DNA of 64,000 nt from the human T2T-CHM13v2.0 reference genome, Homo sapiens: NCBI RefSeq assembly GCF_009914755.1, contig NC_060938.1, one strand, 5' to 3'. The notes under the pieces were generated by a model. That model was not told the DNA's origin. It made no database searches and saw nothing but the letters and a program-made list of their open reading frames with translations. The position numbers and the translations under genes were made by a program. This document shows, piece after piece, positions 41,093 through 53,613 of the stretch. Positions within the stretch are counted from its first letter, which is position 1, and every line of letters begins with the position of its first letter.

Positions 41093-43287
41093 GAGAACAG
41101 CATATGAAGAAACCAAGGGTCAGGGAAATGTGTAAATTGCCCTTCATATACATCTTTATTATAACATTTATTATGATATTTTTCAATTATAATGATCCAA
41201 CTGTATGTCTCCTCTATGAAAACAAAATCATATTTATTCAAATTCCTTTGCCCTGCTCCTAACATTTTTTATTGCATGCTTAGTAAGTATGTTTTGAATT
41301 AAGTTTACTTGCATTTCCTACAATTAGACTTGAAGCATGATAAGAGGACAGCAGCCACACAATTATCTGGGCAGTCTCCAGTCTTCCTGCCTAATACTTA
41401 GAAATTTCAGTGAACTATAACAGCAGCTACCCCTCACCATCTCTCATTTCTTTAGACATCTCTTTGGCATTAGCAGACAGTCTGACACGTCTGGTCCACC
41501 GCACCCTCATATTGCATTACTACTGTCCACTTTCCATGCCTCAAGGCTAATCATAGAAAAATATTCCATTCTTTAGATGTGCTTTCTGTATTGCCCATAA
41601 GTCAAACAGCAGCAAAGGGAGGAAATAAAACAGAACAAGTGAGAAAGAAATGTATTTTTTTTCTGCTCTCACACTTGTGAGCACAGCTCCTGGACACTTC
41701 AGCTATAATTATTTTTTATTTCTGGACAAAACTAAAGTTTCACTGAAGGAACAATGTGATAACTTTCCTATAGATTTCCATATGTAGGATTTGAAGTTTT
41801 TTAATGTTTACTAATAAATTAGTAAAAAAAAAAAATCTATACTCCAAAGAGTATATCTGCTCTCCAAAGAGATCAGATGATGTTTCCTAAATACATTTAC
41901 TAGCTTTAGCAAAAACTTAAGTCCTGCTAAGTTCTGGAATTGCTCATTATTTCAGATGTCCATTTTACAGTTCTGTATATCGCCTCTAAAGTGACCATCT
42001 CTAGACACTTCTTTCTTTTAATTCTGTTACCTACGTATAATTCCAGATTGGTAGAGAGGCTTGTAGAGATGGTACTAAATGAATTACCCAGACCAGAATG
42101 AACCCTCTTGCTATGCTCATATTTATTATCATATACACTTGCAGCTTCTAAGACCCACACTTAAAATTGTTAATATGTAGGAGGTGTACAGCAACACAGA
42201 CCATACAAGAGCTGAGTCATTGGTATGCATAACTAGAATTGAGAATAAAAACATGCACTATTTGATCTTGGACCTAGACATAGCTTCATAGTAAAAGGTA
42301 GGTATTTTTGGATCTTTGATGCAGATAATCAAAGGGAGAAAAAAAAAATCCTATGGTGTTTGATCAGGTCTCAAAAGGAAATTAACCATGGCTGTTCCAT
42401 TAAACAACTTGGGGGTTCCAAACTCATTTTACAGAAATATATAGCCTATATTTGATGCTAATTTCAGATGCTGCTGTAAGTATCTGTGCTGTTATGACTA
42501 AGCCATTGCAGAAAAGAAAGGTGAAAAAGAAATGAGTCCCTACCACGGTTAAAAACTGAAAAAACATTGAGAAAGAGCTCCACCTACTGGAATGTTTTTC
42601 TACAACTGAAGACCTATAAAGTTACCCTCAAACTTTTCTAAAATAAAACTTCAATAGGGTCATAGGTCAGATAACAGGTAACATCCTTTGAAGTTGCTTA
42701 ACCCTCTGATTTCAGGTTGCACTGAGAGGCAGAGAATTTTTCAAGAAAATCAAAGGAAATTTTTGTAATTAATTGACTTATTTCATCTACTGGTTCATAG
42801 ATTGTATTATGGCAACCAGATCAATATTATATAGAAAAAAGAGGGGATTTTTAAATTGTATTTCTATGTGGCCAAGTAGAGCTAATAGCAGTAGTGTCTA
42901 GCATTTGTATAAGTCTTTAGTTCATAAAGCATTTATATGTATATATATATATCATTTAATAATATCTAGCAACCACATAGTTTCCACAATTAATATTCAG
43001 CATATCACACCAGTATTACACACTTAAAGCATTCATCCTGATTAGTGAGTGCCTATTCAGTGCCAGCTGTTAAGATATTTTTAATATTGCCCTTGACTTT
43101 ATTGCATCCTGATTCACGTAAAACTGAATAGAAAAGGGAATATTTGAGTAATTTTCAATCAATAGATAAATATTTTCTTTAATCTATCCTCCCAATACCA
43201 ACCCCTCACACATGGCCCCTAAATCAATGTTTGCGCTGGGGAGGGGAGGAGGGATTCTGCCCTCCAGTTCTAACCATGCTTCCCCTC

Positions 43288-43383
43288 GGAAATATCCTTC
43301 ACAGGATTTACACACACACACATTTACTTTCAAATGGAAATATCCTTCACAGGATTTACATACACACACACACATTTACTTTC
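43288..43383. repeat. Tandem duplication, 48-bp period, each unit containing a (CA)n tract
   Basis: GGAAATATCCTTCACAGGATTTA-(CA)n-TTTACTTTC twice. Confidence 0.95.
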
Positions 43384-43786
43384 CCTAACTCTGAGGAAAT
43401 CTCAACTCTTTCATTCAATTGGCTGCTGAACACTATTGTGTGTCAGTTACATTCTAGAAATACAAAGAAGATGATAAGGAAGACAGTAAAACTGGAGCCC
43501 TGTCCCAGTACCACATGCAAAGCCTGACGTGGACTCTAAGACCCATTACCTAAATGCAAAAGTCAAAGCTGCAAAGCTAGTAGAAGAAACTGTAGAATGT
43601 CTATGTGACCTAAGGATGAGAAATACTTCTTAAACAAAATACAAAAGCGCAAACCAAAAGGCAAAACATTGACTAATGAGGTTTCATCAAAGCTAAGCTT
43701 TTCAGTTCCACAAACGATATTACGGACAAAATTAACAGAGCACTGACAGAGTAGGAGAAGATATTTATAATGCTTTACCCATTTTA

Positions 43787-44460
43787 TTTTTTTTTTAAGT
43801 GAAAGCAAGTTTATTAAGAAAGTGAAGGAATAAAAGAATGGCTACTCCATAGGCTGCTGGTTGCCCATTTTTATGGTTATTTCTTGATTAGATGCCAAAT
43901 AAGGGGTAGATTATTCATAAGTTTTCCAGGAAAGGGGTGGGCAATTCCCAGAGCTAAGGATTTCTCCCCCTTTTTAGACCATATAGGGTAACTTCCTGAT
44001 GTTACCATGGCATTTGTAAACTGTCATGGCGCTGGTGGGAGTGTAGCAGTCAGGACCACCAAAGGTCACTCTCATTGTCGTCTTGGTTTTGGAGGGTTTT
44101 AGCCCGGTTATTTGCTGCAAACTGTTTTATCAGCAAGGTCTTCATGACCTGTATCTCGTGCTGACCGCCTATCTCATCCTGTGACTTAGAACGTCCAGCC
44201 TCCTGGTAATGCAGCCCAGTAGGTCTCAGCCTTATTTTACCCAGCCCCTATTTAAGATGGAGGCACTCTGGTTCAAATGCCTTCGACATTTCTCCCCTCC
44301 CTTTTATAAGAGAACCCTTAATCCTAAGTGTTGTAGGAAGATGAAGATCCATCTTCCGTAACTTCTTCAGGCTGAATAGGGGCGATGATATTCCTGCCTC
44401 AGTATGAGGGTTTCTTGTATTCGGGGCAGAGAGGGCTTAGTTATACAGCATCAGTATGCA
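43787..44460 (-). mobile_element. Processed MER41 (ERV1) transcript: internal 3' end, PPT, LTR U3-R (44288-43797), poly-A
   Basis: Minus strand: PPT AAAAGGGAGGGGAGAAA, then TGTCGAAGGCATTTGAACCAGAG (MER41 start), ending AATAAACTTGCTTTCACTT-(A)10. 14-bp TSD CTTTACCCATTTTA at 43773-43786 and 44461-44474. Confidence 0.88.
43924..43932. promoter_or_regulatory. GAS (STAT) motif TTCCAGGAA in the MER41 LTR
   Basis: Matches TTCNNNGAA. The neighbouring site at 43945-43953 (TTCCCAGAG) is broken. Binding not shown. Confidence 0.5.
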
Positions 44461-44831
44461 CTTTACCCATTTTAGAGTAATATCTACAATGTCTAAGAAA
44501 TTCCTAAATCCAAAATAAAAAGACAGCAATCTCAAAGGAAAAATAGGTAAAGGATGACAAAATGCAATTTACAGTGAAGGAAACCCCAGAGGACTAACAT
44601 GCTTATGAACAGACACTCAGATCCACAGTTATCAGTGAAATGAAAATTGAAACAACAATGAAATGTAACTTTACAATTAGACTGCCAAAATTTAGAAATC
44701 CGGAAAATGCTAAGGGTTGGCTGCAGTATGGGACTATAAAACCCAAAGGATAAAAAAGATAAATAAGACCATTACCGCAATAATGACTAATAATACCACA
44801 GAAATTAGAAGCATCTTTAAAAAAAAATTAC

Positions 44832-45060
44832 AGTTTTGAGCACCTAGTCTGAGCCAGTCCCTGTCCTAATAGTCACCTGAACATGCATTATCTTCTTTAT
44901 TCATGATAGTGACAGTTATTACGGTCCCCATTGTATAACCAGTATAAGAAAACTAAAGCATATAACAATTAAGGGCTCAATCACACAGCTACAAACCACT
45001 GGATGAACATTTAAACCAATGTCTTCTGACTTAGAGACCAAGGTTCTTTCAATACCACAG
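44832..45060 (-). mobile_element. MIR
   Basis: TTGAGCACCTA...CCCCATTGTA...GAAAACTAAAGC...TCACACAGCTA...TCTGACTTAGAG. Confidence 0.7.
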
Positions 45061-46009
45061 AGTCCTCTTGAGTTTTTCCCTACACCCAGCTGCCACCCCT
45101 AGAAACACTCTAGTAGGCCAAGGAAACAGAATTTGCTTTTAAAATTAAGTTAGTACAATTGTTTCTGAAGTACCTGCATAAGTTAACAGTAAAATCAACT
45201 CTTTTGTGTGAAAAAAAATTAATAATCTTTTCTGATTATGCAAAAATAGGACTCTACTCTGGGATACAGATTAAGGAATTTTGTGCTTTTCACTGGCAAC
45301 CTCAAAAGAATGAGAGGGTGTGAAGTGCCCAGAATTTAAAGACAGCAGGAGAGGAAATTGGCATGGGGAAGAGAAGGGGTCCAGGACGATGGCAGAGTCC
45401 AAGCAAGGATTTGCAACAAAGAGTGGCTGTAGTGGGGAGTGATAGTGACATATTTACAAAGGAATATTGGAAACCAATATGAGGTGGTTTCCCATTCTAT
45501 TCTGAGCTTGCCCTCCAGGATCCCCCAGTCTGTCATACATCACAGCCAGCCTCAGTAACCTTGCTCACCCTCTACACTCTCCCTCCAGATTTCCCACAAG
45601 GCCACAGTAGCATCAGGCAGGGCATGTGAGGCAATGGGGACACACATGTATTCAGTTGATTGTCTACACTGACCACAGCTGAGCCTGGAAGGATTGTTTT
45701 ACCCTTTTTATACACAAAATCAATATTCTTTCCCTCATGATTGCATTTGTGTTGTGTGCTGCTCAAACCTCTCTGAAATTCTTTCCCTGACAGTACCTAT
45801 GGATGGAGCTAGCTAAACTGTGGGATGCTGCTCCTCTAATTACTATTTCCTTTACTTACTTGGGGCTTTTCTTATAATGATTTCATTACCATAGAGGAAA
45901 GAGGAAGACCACGCAGCCAAGCCAACCCAAAGAAATGAGTGCTTCATTCAGTCTCACTAGATGCCCTGGTCCATTTGGTCCATTTGGCCCATTTGGCCTG
46001 GAGTAAGGG

Positions 46010-46330
46010 GAAAATCAGGGAAGCCCTCCTGGAGGAGGTGATGCCTAAACCCAATCTTGAAGGTTAACTAGTACTCAGCAGACGAAGAAAGGGGAGCAGA
46101 ACATCCAGACAGAGGAAAGGAACAGAGGTACAGAAGGAGGAATGACAAGTGCATGTGTGAGGTAAAGGGAGTGTGGAGGGACTGAGCATGAAGAACAAGG
46201 CAGGGTTTGGTGGAATAAAGGACTGAAGAGAGCACTGAGCAGTGTGCACTATATTCTTAGATTGACGGGATGCAACTGAGGGGTGTCAAACTAAAGAATG
46301 GCAGGATCCGATTTGTGCTTTACCTAGCCT
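46010..46330 (-). mobile_element. L2 fragment
   Basis: ATCAGGGAAGCCCTCCTGGAGGAGGTGATGCCTAAAC...TCTTGAAGG. Confidence 0.75.
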
Positions 46331-47051
46331 GACAAAATGATCACCTATTGAAAAGCCTAACAAAGAATTTCTCCTAATTTTTTAATCAATTGACACAAAA
46401 TATTTATAAAGGTTTTTTAAAATAGATCATACTTAATCATTCCTTTCTCAAGTTATTAAGGATATCCCAGAAAAACTATGATGCAGACATCATATTAATT
46501 TCTGGAATATGACAACAGAAAGATAATTCTTATTCCAAAAGGCATAAATCTAATTTTTAAAGGACATGGGAGTAAAATTTCACATCAAGAAGATAAGGTC
46601 ATGTGCAGAAACCCAGGAAGCCAGCACATGATATTGAAGATAGGTTACCAGGTTGCAGAAGGAAGTCCAGCTAGGCAGGCTAAGGAATGGCACCCAGGAG
46701 ACCCAATGAGGAGTGGCAGGTCTCCAGAGGGTGTGGCTTCCACTGCCATGGAAACAACATAATGAATGAGCAGAGACATTAGCATCTCAAAAGGCTCTTT
46801 TTCCCTATAGTCTACATTTATAGGGATAAATATAAGGTCAAGGAACCCAGCTGCACAAACTATATCCTACACCTTACCTACACCTAAAAGAATCCCCTCA
46901 AAGTGGTTTTTATCCATGTTCCTCACATGGCATTACCAACCTTTTCTTCCTATCCTCCCATAAATCCTGGTATATAACCTTCTCTCAGTTGCATATGCTC
47001 AGTTGGGTATGTGGCTATTTCCACGGACATGCATGTGTGCACACAGGCATG

Positions 47052-47056
47052 CACAC

Positions 47057-47103
<47 letters not shown>

Positions 47104-47114
47104 CTCTCTCTCTC
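47052..47114. repeat. Compound (AC)18(TC)7 microsatellite with imperfect CA lead-in
   Basis: Pure AC at 47065-47100 and TC at 47101-47114. Confidence 0.95.
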
Positions 47115-47622
47115 CAGCAACAATGTACCTGTCAAGCATGTTGCCATCACTTCCAAGTTTCCAAGTTCCTGTCGTACACTTGGCTCCCAACCCCGGTTAT
47201 CATCAGAATCAATCAGGAGCCTCATGCTGGTCAATTTTTTAATGGTTAACCAACATGCAACCTTTCAGTAACATCAACTCAAACACAAGCTCGAATGGTG
47301 AAACTCTCCAGTGATATTTTCCTCTCTTATCCTGATGCATCCAACATTTCTGTCATGAAAATGAATGCTTCCTCATTCTCTTTATCATATCTTAACATCA
47401 CGAAGACAAGCAGGTGACATCTAGCTATAGTAAATATATAAAGTAAGGATATAGGGAGAGTAAATCAAGTGGGCAGTCCAGCCTTGGGGTGATCTGACAG
47501 CAGATATCCAGGCTCCTACACCACTGGAGTTGAGTTTGAGAAGCAGAGCTCCAACACTTGGAGAAAATTACAAAAAGAAAATAGAGCCCAAATAATTTAT
47601 CGGTAAAAGTGCTAGACCAGTT

Positions 47623-48003
47623 TTTTGTTTGCTTGTTTTTTTGTTTTGTTTTGTTTCTTGAGACGGAGTTTTGCTCTTGTCCCCCAGGCTGGAGTGCAAT
47701 GGCACAATTTCGACTCACTGCAACCTCCGCCTCCTGGATTCAAGCAATTCTCCTGCCTCACCTCCTGAGTAGCTGGGATTAACCTGTCTTCAATATCATG
47801 TTCTAGCCTTCTGGGTTTCTGCAGATGATGTTATCTTCTTGATGTGAACCGCCACCACACCCAGCTAAGTTTTCTGTATTTTTAATAGAGACAGGGTTTC
47901 ACCATGATGGCCAACCTGCTCTCGAACTCCTGACCTCAGGTGATCCACTCGCCTTGGCCTCCCAAAGTGCTAGGATTACAGGCATGAGCCACCGCACCTG
48001 GCC
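47623..48003 (-). mobile_element. AluS (Sq/Sp-like) carrying a non-Alu insert
   Basis: TSD TAGACCAGTT at 47613 and 48004. The Alu is interrupted at 47780-47848. Confidence 0.95.
47780..47848 (-). repeat. Inverted copy of 46579-46647
   Basis: Ungapped reverse-complement alignment, 8 mismatches in 69 bp. Confidence 0.92.
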
Positions 48004-48740
48004 TAGACCAGTTACTAAAGCAGGAAATCAAGTGCAAGGAAATGAGACTGGAGACAGGAAATGAGACCCTCAGGTACCCAGTCAGAGCAAGTCTATCATC
48101 AAATCTGACTTCATGTTGCATCTCCGAATCTCCTTAAATGCCGCAGGACATGGTGCTAGAGTCAGCATAATATTACCTTCCCTGTAAGGAAAAGTCAGGT
48201 GGGCCTGCTGTGAGGATCAGAGACTTCAGAAGCAAAGAGGCAAACAAGAACCCACAATGAGAAAGAAGCTGATTAAACCAAAATAACTCGAAGTTCAAGT
48301 TCAGACAAATTAGGTCCCAGGCTACTGAACACATTTTCAGTTATGATCACAAACCACCATCAGAAATCTTGGAAGGTTCACAGTAAAGGCTTCAAGGAAC
48401 AGAAGAGGTGGGCGAACATTGTTGCAAATTTTTGGACCATGAACACCAGTCCCTGGCAAAATTATAAAACACATTAAATAAACAGCTCATTATAAAAAAG
48501 AAAAGACACTGTGCTTAGGAACCTGCCTGAGTTCACTGAGAATAAGTCATGTAAAACTCATCTTTCTCTATTTTCAATGGCTACTAAATTGATGGTGCAG
48601 CAGAGATTATCAGCTGTTGTTCTGATTTCCACAATGAACTTGTCAAAATCTTTTATAAAATCCTCATAGAAAAGATGGAGAAATACACACCAATTAAATT
48701 TTTAACTATTGGACGAACGTCTACCTAGATAAAGGACTTT

Positions 48741-49241
48741 TGTAGTGCACCACAATAGTAGCATCCTTCACCCCACCTCTGATCTTGGCCACAGCTATGG
48801 GAGATATTCTGGGCGAGCTCATTTTTGCTGTGACAGCATCATACCCCAAGCTGGGGGTGTATATTGCGTCCTTCATTCTCTTTCTCAGGGACTTCTCTGA
48901 AGAAGAGAGAGCCCACTGGCCCTATTCACAAGCACACCCTGAAAGGGCAGAGATGTCAATGCCCCCAGGGAAAACACATAACAAACTAGAGATGGATACC
49001 AGTGGATATATGCAACACACATCCATCCTTCTGAACAACTCTGGGAGACCTTCAGTGTACCTCTCAGGAGGTCTCTCTAGAATTGAGCCCCAATGCCTAT
49101 AAGAGTCTCAAATGGCTTTTTCTCCTTCCCTGCCTCTCTCTCCCCACCTCCGCACTCCTGCTTTCTGGGATCATCTTCCAGAAAAACATCTACACACAAA
49201 TCCTTGAGTTGGCTACGTTTGTGGAGAACTACAGTAAGATA
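48741..49241 (+). mobile_element. LTR16-like ERVL solo LTR
   Basis: TGTAGTG...TCAATGCCCCCAGGG...CTCCTGCTTTCTGGGATCATCTTCC...AAATCCTTG...TAAGATA. Confidence 0.7.
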
Positions 49242-49534
49242 GTCACTAAGTTCTTGCCATTGTCCTAGAGACACTTCTAAAGATAGAAAGGGCATGCATG
49301 GTAAATTTGTGCATGACCAAAAATAGGATGAAATACCTGAGAATAATACCAAAAAATCATTCAGAAAGACATGGATAGGCTGGAAAGACAAGCTAAAACA
49401 AAAAGCATGCAATATTATATAAATAAATTGATCATTCTAGACCCAAGTGTAAAACATCAAGTACACAATTGCAGATGGAAGAGGCCTGGCTTAAAAGCTG
49501 TTTGTGTTTAAAAGGCTCTTGATACAGATGATCT

Positions 49535-50048
49535 CATGTGCTGTTAGAGGAAGTGTAAATTAGTCAACACTTTCTGGAGCTGCACATATTCTGATTTATC
49601 CAATCTGGAGCTGTGCATATTCTGACATAAGTTCCTGCCAGGAATTTGTTAAATAAGTATGCAAATGTGTATATACAAGCATATTCATCACAGCATTTAT
49701 TATAGAAAAAGGAATGTTTAACAATTTAAATAACCATCAATAGAGAAATAGTTAAATAAACTATGGTACATCCACTCAATGGAATACTATAGATTAAGTA
49801 TAATAAAGTTGTTTCATAACTGCTGGCATGGAAAAATATTTTATGATATAAAAATGTTGAAAAATCGGATTGCAAAGTAGTATGTCTGATATTATTCACT
49901 TTCATAAAACATACAAACAAATATATGTATATATAGGTATATACATTTTTAAAGTAGGAAGGATTTACCTAAGTGATTTTTTCTATTTTTTATCTATTTT
50001 TATAGAGTTTCTACAATAACAATATTCTATTTCTGTTATGAGAAACAG
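49535..50048 (+). mobile_element. L1ME 3' fragment
   Basis: CCATCAATAGAGAAATAGTTAAATAAACTATGGTACATCCACTCAATGGAATACTAT. Includes a 31-bp-period duplication at 49573-49625. Confidence 0.75.
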
Positions 50049-50175
50049 GTTCTTTTTTAAAGAAGAAGTCCCCTGGATTTTATTTGCCATCACAATATGA
50101 ATCAATATGATACAAGTGATGCAAATGTAAATTTGGTAGAAGTAAAGTGTTTAATTCTATTAAGAGTTAATAGAC

Positions 50176-50460
50176 AACCGGGAGCAATGGCTCATGCCTG
50201 TAATCGCAGCACTTTGGGAGGCTGTGGCGGGTGGATCCCTAGGTCAGGAGATCAAGACCATCCTGGCTAACACGGTGAAACCCCGTCTCTACTAAAAATA
50301 CAAAAATTAGCCGGGCGTGGTGGCGGGCACCTGTAGTCCCAGCTACTCAGGAGGCTGAGGCAGGAGAATGATGAGGCAGAGCTTGCAGTGAGCCGCGATC
50401 ACACCACTGCACTCCAGCCTGGGCGACAGAGCAAGACTCCATCTCAAAAAAAAAAAAAAA
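50176..50460 (+). mobile_element. AluY-like with a small right-arm deletion
   Basis: Diagnostic ACCATCCTGGCTAACACGG and GAGCTTGCAG. TSD AAGAGTTAATAGAC at 50162 and 50461. Confidence 0.93.
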
Positions 50461-52111
50461 AAGAGTTAATAGACGTATAGTGTTCAGGAGGACTTGGAAG
50501 GCACAGGTCATTGTCCAGACCACTGGTCCGACCACATCCAGACCCTTCTTTCCAGGCTGCATTCCAAGTATTGAGAGTAACATTGATAAACTAAAGCTCA
50601 TCAGAGAAGTGTTCTCAGGAGCGTGAAGGGCCAAGAAACCTGTTGCTGACGAATGGGTGATGGGATGTTTATCCCTAACATCAGACATGCTGAAGTTAGT
50701 ATGAGAGTTAGCATCAATAACAAAAAGAGCTAATGTGTAGAAGAAAGATCTGGATCATTCTGAACAGTGTTGGAGGACCAGTGGGTGAAAGTATAAATAA
50801 ATCAGATTTTTCACTTACAACAAAGGAGAAAGAAAACGAGAAAAGGGGATAGAAAGAAAAGAAGTAAAAGAACCTTCTAACAATTCAAACTGTTTGAAAA
50901 CTGAATAGGCCAAAGTGATGAGTTAGTTCATCACTGAATATGTGCAAAATGCATATTCAGGTCCATCTTTCAGGAATAGTATTGTGGGGTCTTATACTGG
51001 GGATGGTCCCTAATGTTCCTTCCAATTCTAGGGTGTTATAAAAATTCACTCACCCCCTTATATCCTCCAATATGCAGTCTGCAAAACAGACGACAGGAAA
51101 TAAATCAAATGCTTGGGTTCAATAGCGCATAGAACTAAGGATAACGTAATTCCCTTGAGTACAGCATGACTCATTCAGAGCATTCACATTTCTGTAGAAT
51201 TTGGAGAAATTGTTATGAAAATGTTAAGTGTATAAGAGGTGAATGTCACTTAAAGTTAGAATTGTTTCTTGTTTCCATACTGCAGTAGTAACAGCTTCTT
51301 GTCTATGTTCCAGGCCTAGTTTATCAAAATGAAAGTTGGCTTGGGGATTTGTGTAACTGTACAGTCCTTCAACTGAGAAGACTCACAGTGGTAATCCTTT
51401 CATAAGAAGTTTTTCTCACACAAAAAGTTACCTCACTACAATAAATCTGTTTCATCTTTTCAAAATGAGTGGAACACTTACCTATGTCACACAAATATAA
51501 GGATGAACAATAATTTTAAAATTATATTACTTACCTAAATTATATATAAACTGTAATAAAGTGCATTTACTTAGCATAACACATACCATTACAAAATAGG
51601 AAATAACATAAAAAATAAGACATATTTGCCCATATGAATCACACTTCAGACCTTACGGTTGCTTCTTGTGAAAGTGTAACAGTGCCTCTTGAAAGTGAAC
51701 ACCATCTGCGTGGTGCAGCACCCCCTAGAGAAGTATGGTGTGGTCCTTTGTCAAGAAGAGCTCCCTGTGTTCCCTAAGTTCTTCTGAGCAGGGTTGGGAG
51801 GACAAGCATGGTGGAGAGGCTCAAGGTCAGAGTCCCATTTTCTCATCGCACAAAGGTCCCAGGCTAGAGAGGTAGCATGCTTGTTGAAGAAGACCACGGT
51901 CATTTCTTAGGGTGCTGATCCTCAAGAAGGGATGAAAGGTAATGTCAAAGTGAAGAGCAGAGCTGGTCATCAGATTGACAGCAATCTGAGGCAAAGTAAA
52001 AGTAGCCCACAAAGCTCTAGTTTCATCCAGGAAGCTCCTAGTCAAAGCTCAGACTCTCATGTGGAGGCCCCAGAGACAGGTCAGACTGAACTATTATTCC
52101 AAGTTTTGACT

Positions 52112-52295
52112 AATTAGCACTTACTGAGAGTTTAACACGGCAGCTACCCTGAATGTTCTTATGTATTCATTGAGTCCCCACAACTCTCCATTAGGCAGAA
52201 ACTACTATCTTCCCATTTTGCACATTAGATGACTGAGATTTCAGTAACTTTCACAAGGCTAGGAGGTTAACTCAGGTCTTTCTGACACCACACTC
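52112..52295 (-). mobile_element. MIR
   Basis: CACTTACTGAG...CACAACTCTC...CCCATTTTGCA...ACTGAGA. Confidence 0.7.
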
Positions 52296-52311
52296 TATAT
52301 AAAATATCTCA

Positions 52312-52620
<309 letters not shown>

Positions 52621-53067
52621 AAATCTCATGCAAAAGGTGAATTGGTCCATGATGAAACAATCTCACTATTTCTGAGCTGGTTGTAGTTCAGGATTTGGAT
52701 ATTGTGAGTATATGAATTTGTACTATTGTTTCCAGTCAGGTTCCTCAGGCTCAGCCAGCTCCCTGAATGCTTCTTCCACATAACATAATTCTAAATGTTT
52801 AAAAGCTTAATCTATTTACAAACATCAATTGAGAACCTACTAGTACCGGATGCTATGCTGGATTCTGGGATACATAGGTAAGAACCAGACATGCACCCTG
52901 CCCTGAAGAGTCTCAGAACAGTCTAGCAGAGATAAGGTATATGCCAAGAATGAAATAAAAGTTTAAAAGGCACTGACAGAAAAAGAAAAGCTGGAAAAAG
53001 TAAGACTGTCTCCAAATCCAGGAATAAGGAAAAGGAGAGGAGAGAAGAGGACAAAAAAGGATAGGTT

Positions 53068-53375
53068 TGGGTACAAAGTTTCAGTTAGACAAAAGAAATA
53101 AGTTCTGCAGATCTACTGTACAGCATGGTGACCATAGTTAATAACAATGTACTGTGTACTTGAAAATTTCTGAGAGTAGATCTTAAAATGTTCTCACCAC
53201 AAAGAAAGATAAGTATGTGAGGTAAGAGATGATTAATATGTTAATTTCTTAATTTAATTATTTCACAGTATATACAGATATCTAAACATCACGTTGTATA
53301 CCATAAATATATACAATTTTTGTCAATCTTACCATAATAAAACTAGAGAAAGATAAATAAATAAAATAAAATAAA
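53068..53375 (+). mobile_element. L1MA (about MA8-MA9) 3' UTR end
   Basis: GGGTACAAAGTTTCAGTTAGAC...TGTTCTCACCAC...AATAAA and an A-rich tail. Confidence 0.85.
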
Positions 53376-53613
53376 AGCAATGGGCCCAATGCAAAGTAAT
53401 AAATTGTAATCAAGTTTACTTGAGAGACATGCTGTTTACCCCGTGAGATCCTGAGAGGATATTTTGTCCAGACTACTCTTTGTTTCGTATTTTTTTACTT
53501 CTAGAAAACACTGTTTTTAGGTAAATAAATATGTAAATATTACTGTATATAAAAAGGCTTTAATGACTGAAGAAAATTGATTATAAAAAGCCTCTCAGAA
53601 CTCAGACGAACTA

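Larger units (their letters stand above)
43515..44815 (+). mobile_element. Old L1M (L1ME-like) ORF2-end fragment split by the MER41 insert
   Basis: GCTAGTAGAAGAAA...GGAGAAGATATTT before the insert and GCAATTTACAG...TGAAAATTGAAACAACAATGAAA after it. Confidence 0.7.
48280..51040 (+). mobile_element. Fragmented L3/CR1 LINE interrupted by LTR16, L1ME and AluY
   Basis: GAGTTCACTGAGAATAAGTCATG, TCCTCATAGAAAAGATGGAGAAAT, CATTGATAAACTAAAGCTCATCAG and a 3' end TTCCTTCCAATTCTAGG resemble CR1/L3. Confidence 0.65.

Noticed and set aside
41807-41826. 9-bp-arm hairpin; also an 8-bp-arm hairpin near 23102
   Set aside because: Short AT-rich stems are expected by chance.
46950-47271. HT/CV-repeat ORFs, and the GRKE/PSFL ORFs at 54866-55461
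   Set aside because: Translations of microsatellites.
51714-51733. CTCF-like motif (TCTCTAGGGGGTGCTG, minus strand)
   Set aside because: It mismatches at key core positions and cannot be supported without ChIP data.
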